NCBI GenBank assembly: GCA_963752475.1
Contig: CAVVYR010000019.1
Location: 96,001 to 160,000 of the forward strand
Length of the DNA: 64,000 nt
Reading direction: 5' to 3'
From: an uncultured Chloroflexia bacterium
Lineage (GTDB): Bacteria; Chloroflexota; Limnocylindria; Limnocylindrales; CSP1-4
The notes under the pieces were generated by a model. The model was not told the DNA's origin, searched no databases, and saw nothing but the letters and a program-made list of their open reading frames with translations. A program made the translations under genes and the position numbers. Below, in pieces: positions 1 through 9,341 of the stretch. Numbering within the stretch: position 1 is the stretch's first letter; each line of letters opens with the position of its first letter.

Positions 1-512
1 AGCGCCTTTGCACGTGGGTTGGTGTCGACCACATCGAGCCTGACGTACTCGAAGCCGGCTTTCTGGGCCGTACGCCGGACTTCCTCCAGGAGCGTGCTGC
101 CCAATCCGCGGCCGCGCGCCATCGCGGACACCGCGATGAAGTCGATGTAGACCTCATCGGGCTTGGCCTCATGGCTGTAGAGGAGCCCCAGCAGGATGGC
201 CGCTCGGATGGCACCGAATGAGCCCAGCAGCGAGCGCCACTCGCCGATGCCCAGTGAGTCCGTGTCGAGGATCTCGCCCTCGAACTCGCCGCGTGAGGCG
301 TTGAGGCAGGCCAAGCCCAGCAACTCGTCGCCTGCTCGTGCGACGAGGCAGTTGTCCGAACGCAGGGTACGGGCGAGAAACGCCAGCCGGCGGTCGCGAG
401 CCGGGATCACGGGCTCGAGCTTCTCCGCGAAGGCCTCATCGAGGATCTCCGCGGCCCGTGGTCGCAGGTGCTCGGGAAGGCCGCGTTCGATGGTGGGTGC
501 CGGTCCGGCCAC
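1..512 (-). CDS. GNAT family N-acetyltransferase (runs off window start)
   Basis: Manual translation of minus strand: ...EVYIDFIAVSAMARGRGLGSTLLEEVRR...RLDVVDTNPRAKA, with acetyl-CoA motif A (RGRGLG) and a 'TNPRA' motif; GTG start at 512. Confidence 0.8.
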   Translation of the reverse strand, partial: MAGPAPTIERGLPEHLRPRAAEILDEAFAEKLEPVIPARDRRLAFLARTLRSDNCLVARAGDELLGLACLNASRGEFEGEILDTDSLGIGEWRSLLGSFGAIRAAILLGLLYSHEAKPDEVYIDFIAVSAMARGRGLGSTLLEEVRRTAQKAGFEYVRLDVVDTNPRAKA

Positions 513-523
513 GGGAAGGAGCG

Positions 524-754
524 TTAGGCGCGGATCTGGCGGCGAGCCAGCTCAGCCTCCATCGCGCGCTCAGCCTCGACGTACTGGTCGATCTGCATGC
601 GCAGCTCGTTAGCCTCCGGCCGATAGAGGTGGACCTGGTTCTGGAGGATGTAGCTCAGTCGGCGCGACGTCATGCGCACGTGGTCGAGGTTCTTCATCAG
701 GACCAGCGGGTCCATGGAGGCGAGGTCGTCGGGGTGGTACATCGGCTGCTGCAT
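524..754 (-). CDS. small helical hypothetical protein (76 aa, MQQPMYHPDDL...)
   Basis: Protein-like C-terminal part of ORF 524..943; ATG at 754. Confidence 0.6.
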   Translation of the reverse strand: MQQPMYHPDDLASMDPLVLMKNLDHVRMTSRRLSYILQNQVHLYRPEANELRMQIDQYVEAERAMEAELARRQIRA

Positions 755-1028
755 CGGGCCCGAGTATAGCGACGCGACCGGGAGCCTAGCGGGCAGGGCA
801 GCACTCGCATGGCGGAGGGTTCGGCCGCGTAGACGAAGGATGGGGGCTCCGTAGGGAAGAGCGGTAGGGTCCGGAGCCGTACCTGTCTCCGGCACGACCG
901 TACGTTCGGGCGAGGGGCGGTCACAAGGTCCGTGGCCGAGCATGTGACGTGCGACCCGGGAACGGTCCAGAGCCGATCCGGCGCCGCGTCATCATCCCAT
1001 CCATCGAGACCATCCGGAGACCGCAACC

Positions 1029-2285
1029 ATGACCGCACTGCTGACTCCCGCTCCACCCGACCTCGTGCCCGTCCCCGATCCCGACGAGGAGGTCGAGATG
1101 TGGTCGGTCGTCCACTCGCCGGCCGAGGAGGACGAAGCGAACGCCGTCAAGGTGATGCTCGTCGAGGAGCTCGATCAGGTGGCCGAGCGCGTTGCCAACC
1201 TGCTCGCTCCGGACAAGCGGGTCCGGCTGGTGCAGACGGTCGCCGGTGGCCGGGCGGCGGTGATGCGCGTCACGGCCGAGCCCCCGGACGTGCTCATCGT
1301 GGACGCTCTGCTGCAGGGGCAGCTGTCGGGCCTCGACGTCGCCCGCGCGGTGCGGTCCGTTGGTCTCGACATCCCCATCGTCTTCCTGACGGTGCCCGAC
1401 CAGCCGGTGAAGGTGCCCGATGACCTGGGGTTGGCCACGGTCCTCTCGATGCCCATCGATGGTCACGCTCTGTTGACGACGATCCTCGGTGGCGCAGCCC
1501 GACACCGCGAGGCGCAGCCCAAGCCGCCGGCCGGCACGATGGCGGTCTTCTCGGCCAAGGGTGGCGTCGGCCGCACGGCCATCGCACACAACCTGGCCGT
1601 GGCCATGGGCCAGTCGGCTGGAACACGGGTGGCGCTCGTCGACGGCGACCAGGCCCACGGCGACCTGCGCCTGCACCTCGAAGCACCCGACGAGGCACCC
1701 TCGTTGGTGCAGCTGCCCACAGGACACGTGACCGAAGCCGACCTGTCATCGCTGATGTGGCAGGACGCCTCTGGCCTCGACGTGCTGCTCGCGCCACCGC
1801 GCATGGAGGAGGCGGACCTCGTCATGAACGCCGACGTGCAGCGGGCACACCATCTGCTGACGCAGCTGTACGACCTCGTCATCATCGACGTGCCCGCTGT
1901 CATGGACGACCGCACGCTCGCGATGCTCGATGACGCCGATGTCGTCCTCGATGTGACTACGCCCCGCCACGGGGCCGTGCGCAAGACCCAGCGCTGCCAT
2001 GCGGTGCTGACCGCCGCCGGCTTCCCGATGGAGAAGGTACTGACGGTCGTGAACCACGCTGACCCCAGCTACGACGCCGACGACTTCGCGGCCGTACTGG
2101 GCTGGCAGCCCGATGCCGTGCTGATGCACGACGACCGCCTGGCTGAGGGCACGCTGGCGCCCGGCTCGTCGATCGTCACCGAGTACCCTGACGCATTGTT
2201 CAGCCGCGGCTTCCGCGATCTGGCCGCCATCCTGACCAAGCGTTTGGCGGCGACACCCGCGGGAGCGATCGCCGCGGCCGCCTGA
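1029..2285 (+). CDS. cpaE: CpaE/TadZ-like receiver domain + MinD/ParA-family ATPase
   Basis: N-terminal receiver-like fold (DVLIVD), deviant Walker A SAKGGVGRT, VALVDGD, YDLVIIDVP. Confidence 0.75.
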   Translation: MTALLTPAPPDLVPVPDPDEEVEMWSVVHSPAEEDEANAVKVMLVEELDQVAERVANLLAPDKRVRLVQTVAGGRAAVMRVTAEPPDVLIVDALLQGQLSGLDVARAVRSVGLDIPIVFLTVPDQPVKVPDDLGLATVLSMPIDGHALLTTILGGAARHREAQPKPPAGTMAVFSAKGGVGRTAIAHNLAVAMGQSAGTRVALVDGDQAHGDLRLHLEAPDEAPSLVQLPTGHVTEADLSSLMWQDASGLDVLLAPPRMEEADLVMNADVQRAHHLLTQLYDLVIIDVPAVMDDRTLAMLDDADVVLDVTTPRHGAVRKTQRCHAVLTAAGFPMEKVLTVVNHADPSYDADDFAAVLGWQPDAVLMHDDRLAEGTLAPGSSIVTEYPDALFSRGFRDLAAILTKRLAATPAGAIAAAA

Positions 2286-2352
2286 CCCTCGATCCCGACT
2301 CGCGCCTCGGGCACAATGGAGCCCCACATCAGGGGGTCGGCAGGAGGGAACC

Positions 2353-2775
2353 ATGAAGATCGCCATCATCTACGACACGCACACAGGCACCACCGCTGGT
2401 GCCGCCGAGAAGATGGCCGAGGTCGTGCGCGCGGCCGGCCATGAGTGCAGCGTGGCCAACATCGCTCACGCGGAGGGGGCGCTCAACGGCGCGAAGGCGG
2501 TCGTGCTGGGTGCGTGGACGGAGGGCTGGTTCATCATCCGCCAGCACCCGTCCAAGCCGATGATGAAGTGGCTGGAGGACGCGTCCTTGACCGGCAAGCC
2601 CGTGGCCGTCTTCACGACCTACAAGCTGGCCATCGGGTCAACGCTCCGACAGCTGTCCAACGGGGCCGAGTCCGCCGGTGGCAAGGTCACCGGCATGTTC
2701 CAGGTCAAGGGACCGAAGGTGCCCGATGGCTTCGAAAGCTGGGTCAAGTCGCTCGACAGCGACGCTGCGATCTAG
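2353..2775 (+). CDS. flavodoxin-domain protein
   Basis: IIYDTHTGTT FMN-binding loop; RBS AGGAGG. Confidence 0.8.
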   Translation: MKIAIIYDTHTGTTAGAAEKMAEVVRAAGHECSVANIAHAEGALNGAKAVVLGAWTEGWFIIRQHPSKPMMKWLEDASLTGKPVAVFTTYKLAIGSTLRQLSNGAESAGGKVTGMFQVKGPKVPDGFESWVKSLDSDAAI

Positions 2776-2777
2776 CC

Positions 2778-3767
2778 ATGACCCCGGGGCGGATCGGCGT
2801 CCAGGTCGCCGCGACCACGCCGCCAGCCCGCCTGCCGCAGACCGTCGCCGAGGTCGAGCGCCTGGGATACCCCGAGCTCTGGCTGGCCGAGGACTACTTC
2901 GAGCTGGGCGGTATCGCCGCCGCCTCGGCTGCCCTGGCCGCGACCGAGTCGATCACCGTGGGCCTGGGGGTGCTCTCTGCTCGGGTTCGGCATCCGGCGG
3001 TCACGGCCATGGAGCTGGCCACCATGAGTGCCATGTATCCAGGTCGTTTCATCGCTGGGGTCGGCCACGGCGTGCCCCATTGGACCGGGCAGATGGGGTT
3101 GCGCCCCGCGTCGTACATCCGCTCGTTGCGTGAGAGCGCGAGTGGCATCAGACGTCTGCTCGACGGCGAGGAGCTGACCGAGACCGGCGAGTACTACGCC
3201 TTCGACGAGGTCTCGCTGCTGCACCCGCCGGCCGAGCACGTGCCGCTGTACTTCGGCGTCCACGGGCCGCGCTCGCTGCGCCTGTCCGGCGAGTTGGCCG
3301 AGGGCACGCTGCTGGGCTGGTTCAGCTCGCCCGACTACGTGCGCTGGGCCCGGGAGCGCATCGATGAGGGACGAGCCGCGGCCGGCCGGGACGACGAGCA
3401 CGCGATGGTGGCGCTGCTGGTGTGCTCGATCGACGACGACGATCCCGACGCTGCGCGGGCCGAGATGCGCGCGTGGGCGTCCGACATGCTCGTGGGTCAG
3501 GCGGACCAACCGGCGATGAGGGCGACCGCATCCGGGCAACTCCTGCAGGCGGCTCTGGAGGCGCGTGACGCCGGGGACGAGCTGCTCCCTGACGCTGTCA
3601 TCGGGGAGTTCATGGCTGCCGGCTCACTGGCCGATTGCAGGGACTACGTGGAGCGCCTGATGGATGCCGGTGCCGAACGGGTCGTGCTCGTGCCCAACCC
3701 GTCTGGCCAGCGATCGCTCGACGGGATGGAGGAACAGGTCCGCCGAGGGGCGTCCCTGCTCGTCTGA
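2778..3767 (+). CDS. LLM-class flavin/F420-dependent oxidoreductase
   Basis: LWLAEDYF, RHPAVTAMELAT, PGRFIAGVGHG luciferase-like motifs. Confidence 0.85.
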   Translation: MTPGRIGVQVAATTPPARLPQTVAEVERLGYPELWLAEDYFELGGIAAASAALAATESITVGLGVLSARVRHPAVTAMELATMSAMYPGRFIAGVGHGVPHWTGQMGLRPASYIRSLRESASGIRRLLDGEELTETGEYYAFDEVSLLHPPAEHVPLYFGVHGPRSLRLSGELAEGTLLGWFSSPDYVRWARERIDEGRAAAGRDDEHAMVALLVCSIDDDDPDAARAEMRAWASDMLVGQADQPAMRATASGQLLQAALEARDAGDELLPDAVIGEFMAAGSLADCRDYVERLMDAGAERVVLVPNPSGQRSLDGMEEQVRRGASLLV

Positions 3768-4002
3768 TGCGTTACTGCGCCCGGTAGAGCGAGTGGATCC
3801 TGGTCGGCGCTTCGCTCGGGAGCTCCGGCCACTCGCCTTCGAAGACGATGCCCTGGCACTGAAGGACCGACCATACGTGGTCCTCTATCGGTACGACGGT
3901 CGAGGCAGCGCTCCGCTTTCCGATCTCATCCGATGGCGGCACACGTGGAACCGGCGAGAGATTTGCTTCCCTCGCCGGTCGCTGATGTAGCTCGGAGAGT
4001 GA

Positions 4003-4812
4003 TCAGGCGTTCGCTGACTCGATGTCTGTCGGGGCGGGGTCCGGCATGGGCGGGAGTCCACCGTCGAACACGACCCCGGAGACCTGGAGCGTCGGCGTCA
4101 CAGACTCCTGGTCCAGAGAGAGGATGGCGGTCAATCCGTCGTAGGCACCCTGCCCGTCGAGTACCAGGCGGTGATGCCAGCCGCCGGCGCCGAGGCCGCT
4201 CCAGGCATGACCGGAGCCCACCCAGCTGCCTCCGTCGTTCTCGAGATAGTAGGAGCCCGACTTCGGCCCGCCGACGAACGCGATGTGGTGACCGTTGAAG
4301 CGTGCTCGCCCGTACCCGTCGAGTCGATCGTCGTCGAGATCGTACTGGCCGGTCCAGAGCTGATCGGTGATGATCGTGCCCCAGTCATGGTTCTCGGCTA
4401 CGCCATGTTCATCTTCGGACAGGAGCAGGAGCGTCCCTTCGACCTGAGCGATCTCGGTGGGACCTGAAGGCGCCGCGGCCGAGAAGGGCGTCGCCTCGTG
4501 ACTCGGAGGCGTCGCCACCATCAGAGCGCCCACAAGAGCGATGACGGCGGAGATGCCGACTAACTTCGCAGGAGAGAACATCGGTCTGGTCCTTTCGTAG
4601 CGTGGTGGGTCGGTATCGGCCGACGTGATCGGCGCTGTCCGTTCGTCAGCCCCCGCGGTGGGCTTCGGACCGGGCAGGAACCAGAGCCAGCGTCGGCGTT
4701 GTCGGGTGTGTCGGGTCTGGGCGAGCGTGCGTTCCGGCAGCTCGGACGGCATCGGCGGTGTGTCGTCCAGCCAGGTGCGGAAGTCGGGCCCCAGATCGCG
4801 CTGGGCGTTCAT
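4003..4812 (-). CDS. putative anti-sigma factor, single TM, extracellular beta domain (cassette 1)
   Basis: Start overlaps the ECF sigma stop (ATGA); short N-terminal region ending RQRRRWLWF, hydrophobic segment, LENDGGSWVG...G.GAYDGL domain. Confidence 0.7.
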   Translation of the reverse strand: MNAQRDLGPDFRTWLDDTPPMPSELPERTLAQTRHTRQRRRWLWFLPGPKPTAGADERTAPITSADTDPPRYERTRPMFSPAKLVGISAVIALVGALMVATPPSHEATPFSAAAPSGPTEIAQVEGTLLLLSEDEHGVAENHDWGTIITDQLWTGQYDLDDDRLDGYGRARFNGHHIAFVGGPKSGSYYLENDGGSWVGSGHAWSGLGAGGWHHRLVLDGQGAYDGLTAILSLDQESVTPTLQVSGVVFDGGLPPMPDPAPTDIESANA

Positions 4813-5366
4813 CGGACGGCCTCCAGTCGCCGCCCGACCGGCGGGCGGTCATCGGCCTCCAGCAGCGCCCGCAGGGCTTCGGTCGCGCGATGGAGCCGGG
4901 ACTTGTAGGTGCCGACCGGGATGTCGAGCACATCGGCGGCCTGATCGGAAGGCATGTCCATGAAGTAGTGGGTCACCAGCACCGCGCGCTGGTCCAGCGT
5001 CAGGCGGGCGAAGCCACGTTCGATCTGGTCCCGGTCGAGGACCGCATGCAGACCGTCGGGCGAGCTCACCGAGCGGGGTGGCTCGATGTTCAACTCGAAC
5101 TTGCGCCAGCGAGCACGCCGTCCTTCGACGAAGCAGGAGTTCAGAAGGATGCGGTAGGCCCAGGCCTCGAAGCGATCGGGGTCGCGCAGGCGTGGCAGGT
5201 CGCGCCAGATGGCCACCATCGCCGACTGCGCCGCATCCTCGGCCAGCCCGGGGTCTCGCAGCATGGCGCAGGCGATCCCGTGGAAGCGCCTCGCGATCGA
5301 GGCCACGATCTCGGCGAATGCACCGTGATCACCCGAGCGGGCTCGGATGACGGTTTCGGTGTCCAC
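4809..5366 (-). CDS. ECF RNA polymerase sigma factor (cassette 1)
   Basis: AEDAAQ...LRDPDRFEAW (region 2), LDIPVGTYKSRLHRA (region 4); GTG after GGAAGGA. Confidence 0.9.
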   Translation of the reverse strand: MDTETVIRARSGDHGAFAEIVASIARRFHGIACAMLRDPGLAEDAAQSAMVAIWRDLPRLRDPDRFEAWAYRILLNSCFVEGRRARWRKFELNIEPPRSVSSPDGLHAVLDRDQIERGFARLTLDQRAVLVTHYFMDMPSDQAADVLDIPVGTYKSRLHRATEALRALLEADDRPPVGRRLEAVR

Positions 5367-5411
5367 TTGTCCTTCCCCCACGGCCGGCGTGTCCGGCCCT
5401 TCAAGGGTATC

Positions 5412-5437
5412 GGTGCGTGGAAGCGCTCCAGGGTTCC
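5412..5437 (-). promoter_or_regulatory. putative ECF promoter GGAACC-N15-GCACC
   Basis: ECF-type GGAAC -35 upstream of the sigma gene; equivalent elements precede the other three cassettes. Confidence 0.5.
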
Positions 5438-5454
5438 ATCTTGGGCAACGAAAG

Positions 5455-5479
5455 AGGCCCCTCCGCTGCCGGAGGGGCC
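5455..5479 (-). terminator. intrinsic terminator hairpin (copy 1)
   Basis: GGCCCCTCCG-loop-CGGAGGGGCC followed by TCTTT on the minus strand. Confidence 0.7.
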
Positions 5480-5500
5480 CGACACGTGTCCGATCGATCG

Positions 5501-6283
5501 CTAGTCGGCTGTTTCCCCCAGCAGACCTAGCGCCACGGTGGGCGGGATCTCACCCTGGTACAGGAGGCCCTTCACCTCGAGCCCGAGAAGGCGCCCGGTG
5601 TAGTTGGCGACGTAGCTCCAGCCTTCGTAGTCGCCCGTGCCGCTGGCCCAGGCCATGGCATTCTGGGCGCCGGGCGTCCCGTAGTCATCGTCGTCGCCAG
5701 GCGATTCGTAGAAGCCGACCCACTCGCCCTCCCAGCTGCCGCCGTCGTTGGCGAGCGTGTACTGTCCCCAGTTCACGCCGGTGAGGTCCTCATCTCCGAT
5801 CAGGTATCTGTTGATGAGGTTGGCATGGCCGCTGACCCGGGGGTCGCTCATGCTGTCGTCGCCCGCGGGACTGGGCCCGGCGGACATCGTGCTGGTGCCG
5901 GTGACGACGATGAAGTCGGTCCGCTCGAGCTCTGCGCCCGGAATCGGACCGACCGGATCCGTGGTGAAGACGCCCGAGACGACCAGAGTGGCGGTGACCG
6001 CCAGGACGGCGGAGCCCGCGATGAGCTTGGTGGCGCTGAACATCATCCTTGTCCTTCCTGTGGGTGCGGGTGCGTACTCGCCGGTCTCGTCAGTCGTCCC
6101 CGACGCCGATCGTCCGAGGACGTCGGTGCGGAGGCGTTCCACCAGCGACGCGTTCCACCAGCGACGCGGCTGTCGGGCCTGCGCCTGTCGGCGGATCGAG
6201 GCTGCGTCTATCGGTCGCGGCGCGCCGGCACGATGCTCGAGCTCGGCCGCAAGGCGCTCTTCGAACGCGGTCTTCTCAGTCAT
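5501..6283 (-). CDS. putative anti-sigma factor, single TM, extracellular beta domain (cassette 2)
   Basis: Overlaps sigma stop; AFEERLAAEL..RQPRRWW N-terminus, TM, DPRVSG...LANDGGSWEG...GDYEG domain. Confidence 0.7.
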   Translation of the reverse strand: MTEKTAFEERLAAELEHRAGAPRPIDAASIRRQAQARQPRRWWNASLVERLRTDVLGRSASGTTDETGEYAPAPTGRTRMMFSATKLIAGSAVLAVTATLVVSGVFTTDPVGPIPGAELERTDFIVVTGTSTMSAGPSPAGDDSMSDPRVSGHANLINRYLIGDEDLTGVNWGQYTLANDGGSWEGEWVGFYESPGDDDDYGTPGAQNAMAWASGTGDYEGWSYVANYTGRLLGLEVKGLLYQGEIPPTVALGLLGETAD

Positions 6284-6815
6284 CGCCCAGCTCCCTGCGG
6301 AGACGCGCCAGCAGGCGCTCGAGTCGGTTGCGCGTTCCGGACGGGCTCAGCCCGATGGCCGCGGCCAGTTCGGTGGAATCGAAGCCAGCGACGTAGCGCA
6401 TGGCCAGGAGGGCACGATCCTCCGGTTCGAGTTCGGCCAAGGCACGCCGCAGATCGAGCCCACTCGCGTTCAGGGCGGGATCGGGCCCGCCTGCGACCAT
6501 CGATGCATCGGTCGCGAGCTCTACGCGCGAGCGGCGACCTCGTCGACGCAGCAACTGCTTGGCCTCATTGACCGCCACCGACACGAGCCATGGGCGCAGA
6601 CGCCGATGGTCCTCGAGGGTGTCGAGCCTGCGCCAGACGATGGCCCAGGCCGCTTGCACGGCCTCCTCCGCGATCTCGTCGTCGTGGCACATGACCACGC
6701 ACACGCGGCGCATGTCCTCGTGGTGCGCGGAGACGATGCGCTCGAAGGCGAGGTCATCCCCGGCGACCGCCGAGGCGACGGTGCCGCTGAGCTCGGTCTC
6801 GACCGTTCTGGCCAT
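6276..6815 (-). CDS. ECF RNA polymerase sigma factor (cassette 2)
   Basis: AEEAVQAAW..LRPWLVSVAVNEA; IGLSPSGTRNRLERL. Confidence 0.85.
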   Translation of the reverse strand: MARTVETELSGTVASAVAGDDLAFERIVSAHHEDMRRVCVVMCHDDEIAEEAVQAAWAIVWRRLDTLEDHRRLRPWLVSVAVNEAKQLLRRRGRRSRVELATDASMVAGGPDPALNASGLDLRRALAELEPEDRALLAMRYVAGFDSTELAAAIGLSPSGTRNRLERLLARLRRELGDD

Positions 6816-6888
6816 GCCCCCCATACCCCACAGATGCCGTGGAGGGCTCAAGTGTCCCGCCAGATCGGCAGAAATCAAGGCATGAAGA

Positions 6889-6913
6889 AGGCCCCTCCGT
6901 TGCCGGAGGGGCC
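6889..6913 (-). terminator. intrinsic terminator hairpin (copy 2, 24/25 identical to copy 1)
   Basis: AGGCCCCTCCGTTGCCGGAGGGGCC downstream of the isomerase gene. Confidence 0.7.
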
Positions 6914-6934
6914 TGGTCCGTGCGGGTGTGGAGG

Positions 6935-8578
6935 CTAGAAGTCGACGTCTCCGGTGAAGTGGACCTTCACGCCGAGGGCGTCGAACATGGCAGCCTTGGC
7001 GGCGAGCGCCTTCCTGCCGGTCTCCATGTCCGGCGCGTACACGACCTGGATGTGGTTCGACTTGTGGCGTGCCATGAACTGGTCGCGGTTCATGCCCGGC
7101 GTGACCAGGTGCATGATCGGCCACTGTGGCGTGGTCGCCTGCCAGCGTCGCTCGGTCTCCTCGTCGGGCAGCTCGATGGCCTCGCCGAGGCCCATGTCGA
7201 CGTGCAGCTCGTCGTCCATCAGGAACACGCGGCTGTAGACGACCGGGCCGGGCTTGCTCACGCCCTTGATGGTGCCGCCGCCGAGGCGGAAGTACATCGC
7301 CGGCTGGCGCTGGCTGGTAACGCCTTCGTAGCCGCCCACGAGGTGGCTCGGCGGGACCGAACCCGAGATGAGCATGACCCACACGAAGTCGTCGCCGAAC
7401 TGCTCGCCCCAGCGCACGTCGTGCAGTGAGGTGGAGGGGTTGAGGCCCATGGCCGTCCAGACGCGGTTGGTGATGAGAGCGTCGACTCCGCAGCCCCAGT
7501 CGACCTCGTTGAAGTGAGGCAGGGGCGCGCCCGGGTAGAGCTCACGGCCATCCTCGCTGTAGGCGGGTGGACGGTCGATCTCATTGAGCAGGCCCTCGGC
7601 CAGGTCCGATGCGGGCACCAGGTCCTTGAGACCCTGCTGGTACTGGATGCCGATGCCGGCGCAGCCGAAATCGTCGGCGATGCGCAGGGCAGCGATGTAC
7701 ATCTTGCACTGCTCGAGGACCTGCTCCTCGGTAAGGTCCTCTTCCCAGTTGGGCCCATAGTCGAATGTGACGCCGCGGTCGAGGAGCCACTGGTAGACCG
7801 CTCGGGCCTCCTCGTCCTTGACCGTGGTCATGCGGTAGTAGAGCGCGGACTGACTGAGGCGCTCCTTGAAGATGCCGAGGGGGTTGATGTACTCGTCATC
7901 GAAGATGGCGTTGTACATGCCCATGCAGCCTTCGTCGAAGATGCCCATGACGGCACCGTTGCGCTGCAGCTCGGCGGCGAGGGTCTTGCCCAGGGCCGCT
8001 TCATCGGCCGGGAGGGCGACCGAGTCGAAGGCCTTGACATGGCTCGTGTCGTGAGTGGTGATGGCCCCGGTCTGGGCCCACTCCTGGACGGCCTTGCGCG
8101 CCCACTCGTCGCTGAAATCGACGCTCCAGATCGTGGAGTACTCCATGTTCGCCTTGGTCATCGAGGCGTTGATGTTGAGGAGGCCGACGAGGCCGGGCCA
8201 GGTGCCACTCCAGTTGGCGGCGGTGAGGATGGGGCCGCGCTGCGTCTTGAGGCCACTGAGGATGTGGTGGCTGTACTCCCACACGGCCTCGGCGATGATG
8301 ATCGGCGTATCAGGGTGGATGCCGGCGAAGACATCCATGCCCATGCGCTGGTTCCAGATGAACCCGTGACCTACCTCGGGGTCGTATTCGTGGCCGCGCC
8401 GCACGGTGTAGCCGACCTCGGCGAGCACGTCGGCGATCTGCTGCTCGAGCACCTGCTGCTCCGCCCAGGCCATGACGTTGGCGGTGTGGCGCAGGTCGCC
8501 GCTGGTCACAAGGACGACCTCGTTCGGCTTGGGGGGCGCCGGCTCTGCGAGGGTCGGGACCTTGTATTCGGTAGCCAT
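6935..8578 (-). CDS. L-fucose/L-arabinose isomerase-family protein
   Basis: ANWSGTWPGLVGLL, GIQYQQGLKD, PHFNEVD, NHIQV motifs of the FucI-like family. Confidence 0.8.
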   Translation of the reverse strand: MATEYKVPTLAEPAPPKPNEVVLVTSGDLRHTANVMAWAEQQVLEQQIADVLAEVGYTVRRGHEYDPEVGHGFIWNQRMGMDVFAGIHPDTPIIIAEAVWEYSHHILSGLKTQRGPILTAANWSGTWPGLVGLLNINASMTKANMEYSTIWSVDFSDEWARKAVQEWAQTGAITTHDTSHVKAFDSVALPADEAALGKTLAAELQRNGAVMGIFDEGCMGMYNAIFDDEYINPLGIFKERLSQSALYYRMTTVKDEEARAVYQWLLDRGVTFDYGPNWEEDLTEEQVLEQCKMYIAALRIADDFGCAGIGIQYQQGLKDLVPASDLAEGLLNEIDRPPAYSEDGRELYPGAPLPHFNEVDWGCGVDALITNRVWTAMGLNPSTSLHDVRWGEQFGDDFVWVMLISGSVPPSHLVGGYEGVTSQRQPAMYFRLGGGTIKGVSKPGPVVYSRVFLMDDELHVDMGLGEAIELPDEETERRWQATTPQWPIMHLVTPGMNRDQFMARHKSNHIQVVYAPDMETGRKALAAKAAMFDALGVKVHFTGDVDF

Positions 8579-8629
8579 TTGCTTTCGTCTCCCTTCGAAT
8601 CAGGCTCGTCAGACCATTGTGCACCCTTG

Positions 8630-8643
8630 TGTGAACGTTAGCA
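8630..8643. promoter_or_regulatory. LacI-family-like operator TGTGAACGTTAGCA
   Basis: CG-centred imperfect palindrome upstream of the sugar isomerase. Confidence 0.45.
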
Positions 8644-8707
8644 GTGCCGAATTGCCGGGTTCCGTGGGTTCCACATGGACCAGGCTCATCCGTCCTATCG
8701 TTGGGGC

Positions 8708-9261
8708 ATGGTTTGGCAGGTCCGACGAGCGCGTGCGGCCGACATGGAGCGCGGTCGCGGAGATCATCAACGGGCACATCGCCACCGGCTGGGCACACTT
8801 CGGCGATCGACCCCTGACCGCTTCAGAATGGGTGGCCGATTGGGAGGCGTATCAGGAGCGCTATCCCTGGCTCGTGGCCGAGCAGGACGGCGAGATTGCC
8901 GGGCTCGCCTACGGCAAGACGTTCAACCCGCGCGCAGCCTACGACTGGACGGCGGAGGTCTCGATCTACCTGCGTGACGGATTACAGGGGCAGGGAATCG
9001 GGTCGCTGCTGTACGGAGCCCTGATTCCGGCGCTCGACGCACAGGGGTACCGATGTCTGATTGCGGGCATCACGACACCCAACGATGCCTCGGTCCGGCT
9101 TCACGAGCGGTTCGGGTTCGAACACCTCGGGACACTCGAGCGGGTCGGCTACAAGATGGGAGCCTGGCGGAACGTCGGCTCGTGGCAGCGGCTCGTGGGC
9201 CTGATGGATGACCGAGCCGGCACCCATCCGGCCCGTCAGTGAGGTTTGGGAGGGCGGCTGA
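8708..9261 (+). CDS. phosphinothricin-acetyltransferase (YncA/Pat)-like GNAT, with apparent frameshifts near 8750 and 9212
   Basis: MVWQVRRARAADME joins VAEIINGHI...AYDWTAEVSIY...QGQGIG...PNDASVRLH in another frame; true C-terminus appears to be EPAPIRPVSEVWEGG*. Confidence 0.75.
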
Positions 9262-9341
9262 GGCGGAGGCAGCGACCGACCGCGCACGAAGTCGCCCCCA
9301 TCCCCGTCGAGGCGGGAATGGGGGCGCGGTATCGAGTCGGG

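Noticed and set aside
760-1028. Possible riboswitch in the leader of cpaE
   Set aside because: No recognisable c-di-GMP or other aptamer consensus by eye
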